Below the pieces are notes generated by a model that was not told where the DNA came from, searched no databases, and saw only the letters and a list, made by a program, of their open reading frames with translations. Below are positions 61,088 to 64,000 of a stretch of DNA of 64,000 bases, in pieces; within the stretch, counting starts at the first letter, position 1; every line of letters starts with the position of its first letter. Source of the DNA: an uncultured Azospirillaceae bacterium (lineage in GTDB: Bacteria; Pseudomonadota; Alphaproteobacteria; RF32; CAG-239); NCBI GenBank assembly GCA_964410325.1, contig CAYPFN010000004.1:1486-65485 (forward strand), written 5' to 3'. The position numbers and the translations under genes are program-made.

Positions 61088-62314
61088 TTATTTTTTTGTT
61101 TCAGCGTGGTAATCAATATGGCAGTCTTTGCATAACATTATGCAGTTTTCTATGGTTGTTTCGCCACCGTCAGCAAAAGCTTTTTTATGATGGCCTTCCA
61201 GGTCTTTCAAGGCAAAATTTTTGCCACAGCGGGCGCATTTGCCACCTTGCCTTTCATAGGCTTGTTTTTGTTGATGTTCGCTAAAAGCTCGATGCCAAAT
61301 CAGCGTTCTGTCATCAGATAGGCAATATTCATAAAAGCCTTTCTTTTTCAAGCCGTCGGGGTCGATATCATAAAGCTCATATAAATGGTTAAGTTTTTCG
61401 GCAATCTGCGCCGAATTAAAACTTTTATGATGATATTTATTGTACAAAATTCCCCAATCAAGGCCTTTCATATCCGTGCGATAAGTGATAAACGTGTGTT
61501 TAACCCATGAAATAACATTTTTGAAATAATCAATAAGTTCACCAGCGTCATTGTCAAAACGGTGCTTGCCCATATAATCTTTAATTTGCGGATATTCCGC
61601 CGGTTGCGCATCAATTCGCCAGCCAAGAGCAAGTTCCAACAGCAGTTGTCGGTTTGCTTTATCGCCGAGTCCGCCCATATCGCCCAGGGTTTTATCCGCC
61701 GACAGGCTAAGCAAGGTTTTTTTGTCGTCATTGTCGTAATAAGAAATGGCAATCGCTTCATTGTTATTTTTCTTAGAGAAAAACTGTTTCGCTGCCGTCA
61801 GCCACTGACCGGTATAATTAGCATTAAGAAGTTCCTGATTGGTCATTTGTTTACCGGCAATGTTAATGGTGTGAAACCAATCCAACTTCTCATCATCTGT
61901 CCCTTCGCAGACGTAAACTTGTAGCCGATAATCCAAAATTTCTTTCTGTTTATCAGGGGTGAGACCTTCAAAAGTTTGCGTATTTCTGCCGTTAAAGTCA
62001 ATGGCAATAGGGTTGCCGTATCCGTCATCATTGGTGATAAACTGGCAGATAGAAATCAGACGTTGCTGTCCGTCAATAACCTCGAAAGTTCCGTCCGGAT
62101 TGACAGCCCAATACATACTGTTCAATGGCATGTTGTTATATACCGAGAGCATCACCCGATCCCTGTCATCGGGATTATAGACGAACGCCCGCTGATACGC
62201 CGGACGAACATTAAGTTTCCCGCCAAAAGCCACCACGCCTTGCTCGCCTTTATCCAAATAGCCGCCCACTAAATCTCTGATAGTAATAACTGGCTGAGTC
62301 GTTTTCATTGTCAT
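61088..62314 (-). CDS. DUF262 (ParB/Srx-like, DGQQR motif) - HNH endonuclease fusion protein; predicted restriction/defence nuclease
   Basis: 408 aa. N-terminal ..FEVIDGQQRLISICQF.. is the DUF262 hallmark. C-terminal GGKCARCG...EGHHKKAFADGG...NCIMLCKDCHIDYH is the classical HNH pattern (CxxC...HH...N...CxxCH). Confidence 0.7.
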   Translation of the reverse strand: MTMKTTQPVITIRDLVGGYLDKGEQGVVAFGGKLNVRPAYQRAFVYNPDDRDRVMLSVYNNMPLNSMYWAVNPDGTFEVIDGQQRLISICQFITNDDGYGNPIAIDFNGRNTQTFEGLTPDKQKEILDYRLQVYVCEGTDDEKLDWFHTINIAGKQMTNQELLNANYTGQWLTAAKQFFSKKNNNEAIAISYYDNDDKKTLLSLSADKTLGDMGGLGDKANRQLLLELALGWRIDAQPAEYPQIKDYMGKHRFDNDAGELIDYFKNVISWVKHTFITYRTDMKGLDWGILYNKYHHKSFNSAQIAEKLNHLYELYDIDPDGLKKKGFYEYCLSDDRTLIWHRAFSEHQQKQAYERQGGKCARCGKNFALKDLEGHHKKAFADGGETTIENCIMLCKDCHIDYHAETKK

Positions 62315-62315
62315 A

Positions 62316-63437
62316 TCAGTTCTCCTTTTTCTTAATCAAAATACGAGCATATGCAGAATAAACACATTCGTGGGTCAAAGGGTGGATATAATAATTTCCT
62401 TTTGATGATTTTCCTAATAAAACAGGATTTCCTCGTGTCTTTCGTCCGCTCGCATTAGTATAAGTGCCGTCTTGTCTAATTTCTTTAAAATCATCATACT
62501 CCCGTATTGCAGGAATTCCGGCCAATATTTCATCACTTGAATTTAAAAGACCGATAATGTTAAATTGTTTGGGATTATATTTATCCAAAAAGGTTATCGG
62601 CACCCCCATCGCCCCGATATAATCCATCGGGATGTCGCTGACCTTATCAACATTAATGGCGTCGTAATTGTCATATTTGGGATACATTTCTTCATAGCCG
62701 TAATATTTTTTGCCGGTATTAATTACCTCAATTCTTCGGCTATTTTCCAAATTTGTATACCAGCTGACATTACCAAAGTTCTTAACTAAACCGTCTGGCT
62801 TGTAAAACTGCTTAACATGATGTAACCCACACCAAAACTTATTTTCTTTTATCAACGGAAAAATTTCTTTATAGGTGCGACAGTTATCATTGCCGATAAT
62901 TAAAAATTTTTTATTGTACTGTATAAGCTGCGCCACATATTCGCGAAATAGAGAAAACGGTGGGTTGGTTATTACGATATCCGCTTGTTTTAACAGCGCA
63001 ATACATTCTTCACTTCTAAAATCGCCGTTTCCTTTGAGCGGGATTTCTGTAATATCTTCAAAGCAAGCGATTTTGTCGCCGGTATTGTCCTTATCCAAAA
63101 TATACATAGAAGAGTTTTTTTTATCTTTCTCGTAGTGGGTGGCTATAACTTTTTTGATTTTAAATGCCTCAAAATTATCCGCCAGATATTTCAAAAAATT
63201 TGACTTTGGCGTTCCCAGGCCGATGCCGTTATGGTCATCGCAGTTGCAATAAATCACCTTGCCTTTGAAATATTTGGCATAATTGGACAGTTCTTTTTTG
63301 ATATCTTCGTATGTGGTATAAAATTCGTCATTCTTAGCATTTTTTGCTCTCTTTAAGTTCTTGTGTCCCATTGTCAAAACTCCCAACAAAAAATCGCCTT
63401 TGGTGCAAAAGGCGACTGGAAGTTCGAAGCTACTCAT
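62316..63437 (-). CDS. DNA methyltransferase, NPPF motif (N6-adenine or N4-cytosine; EcoRI-methylase-like family by recollection)
   Basis: 373 aa. IVITNPPFSLFREY is catalytic motif IV. N-terminal DEFYTTYEDI and VIYCNCDD segments are present. The stop is 1 nt from the nuclease start, implying an operon. Confidence 0.65.
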   Translation of the reverse strand: MSSFELPVAFCTKGDFLLGVLTMGHKNLKRAKNAKNDEFYTTYEDIKKELSNYAKYFKGKVIYCNCDDHNGIGLGTPKSNFLKYLADNFEAFKIKKVIATHYEKDKKNSSMYILDKDNTGDKIACFEDITEIPLKGNGDFRSEECIALLKQADIVITNPPFSLFREYVAQLIQYNKKFLIIGNDNCRTYKEIFPLIKENKFWCGLHHVKQFYKPDGLVKNFGNVSWYTNLENSRRIEVINTGKKYYGYEEMYPKYDNYDAINVDKVSDIPMDYIGAMGVPITFLDKYNPKQFNIIGLLNSSDEILAGIPAIREYDDFKEIRQDGTYTNASGRKTRGNPVLLGKSSKGNYYIHPLTHECVYSAYARILIKKKEN

Positions 63438-63559
63438 TGGAAAGTAGTGGGCATATTAATTTAAACAAGATAAAAGCAAACGCTTATCCCTTGATATAAA
63501 CATATTAGCCTCCTTCCAGTCGGACGACCAGAAGGAGTTTTTTACGCCAATGATAATTG

Positions 63560-63625
63560 GCAACCAATGATGAGGCTTCGAACCCTCGGGGCAGACACCA
63601 ACCTGCCTTAAAAGCAAGGTTAAAC
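63560..63625 (-). repeat. tRNA-like fragment (T-arm/acceptor-like GGGTTCGAAGCC...TTGCCA) flanking the MTase-nuclease module
   Basis: The reverse complement reads GGCAGGTTGGTGTCTGCC CCGAGGGTTCGAAGCCTCATCATTGGTTGCCA. A T-loop consensus is present, but no full cloverleaf could be folded. Confidence 0.3.
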
Positions 63626-63791
63626 GATAAGAAATAAAATGCAAGAAATTTTTTGAACGGCATTTCGAAAAACAAATTTAGATTTTATAATTTTATTAAA
63701 AAATTAATAAAATTCGTATTAATAATGAACTCGGGATATTGTTTATTCGTTATTTTATTTGTGACAGAAAATTAATTATCGAGATTAAAAA

Positions 63792-64000
63792 ATGATACAA
63801 GTTGTTAATTATATAAAAAGCAGGAAAAAATTTGTCGTTTACGGTGTTTTGCTGTTGGGCGCTTTAGGGGCTTGGAAATATTTTCACAAAGTTGATGAAA
63901 TTTCTTATATCACAGACACTGTGCGACGTCAGGATATTGAAAAGGTGGTTAATGCTGCCGGTGAGGTGCGGGCAAGCGAATTGGTTACCGTTGGTGCTCA
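63792..64000 (+). CDS. HlyD/MacA-family periplasmic adaptor (membrane fusion protein), N-terminal part; continues beyond window
   Basis: MIQVVNYIKSRKKFVVYGVLLLGALGAWKYF...YITDTVRRQDIEKVVNAAGEVRASELVTVGA. A TM anchor followed by the typical 'V.r.di...v.a.G.v.a...v.V' adaptor start. Confidence 0.55.
   Translation, partial: MIQVVNYIKSRKKFVVYGVLLLGALGAWKYFHKVDEISYITDTVRRQDIEKVVNAAGEVRASELVTVGA

Noticed and set aside
63456-63644. 62-aa ORF upstream of the MTase
   Set aside because: Overlaps the tRNA-like fragment and the probable promoter region, with no motif. Likely spurious.

Overview
The window reads as a chromosomal segment from a low-GC alphaproteobacterium. Gene content points to a Bartonella-like lineage, but no database search was possible, so this is inference only. 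The supporting genes are the CtrA response regulator, an IalB-family invasion-associated protein, the origin-proximal cluster parB-parA-rsmG-mnmG-mnmE, and tyrS-anmK adjacency. Most of the window is housekeeping: tyrS (partial), anmK, rlmN, cca, parAB, rsmG, mnmG, mnmE, dnaQ, coaE, rho, dCMP deaminase, eno, dnaE, trpS, serS, pssA, psd, a Bax-inhibitor protein, a DegT-type aminotransferase, mlaA and an MlaC-like protein, ctrA, sodB, apt, holA, lptE, leuS and rsmB. Four tRNAs are readable: Leu-TAA, Ser-GGA, Glu-CTC and Ser-CGA. Several patches look accessory or unusual. (1) A tightly coupled two-gene module, an NPPF-motif DNA methyltransferase plus a DUF262(ParB-like, DGQQR)-HNH nuclease, lies between tRNA-Ser(CGA) and a tRNA-like fragment; this is my best candidate for the unusual system. 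(2) Scars lie immediately 3' of tRNA-Glu: an inverted degenerate copy of the tRNA 3' half and a 21-bp direct repeat of the tRNA 3' end. Downstream sit an archaemetzincin-like HEFGH metallopeptidase, hypothetical proteins, a YjbR-family protein, a flavodoxin-like reductase, an HxlR regulator and an NTF2-like lipoprotein. (3) A very cysteine-rich 330-aa secreted protein, with possible decayed relatives in an 836-bp non-coding spacer upstream of parB. (4) A 1149-aa fused ABC-2 permease/GldG-like/DUF4340-like protein with its ATPase. (5) A truncated cation-diffusion-facilitator (CDF) remnant. No CRISPR array, integrase, transposase or rRNA was seen. All functional calls rest on motif and architecture recognition from memory and nothing was searched. 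Coordinates for hand-called features (tRNAs, hairpins) may be off by a few bases; in one place my base-by-base reading (57181-57300) disagreed with the ORF track by one nucleotide.
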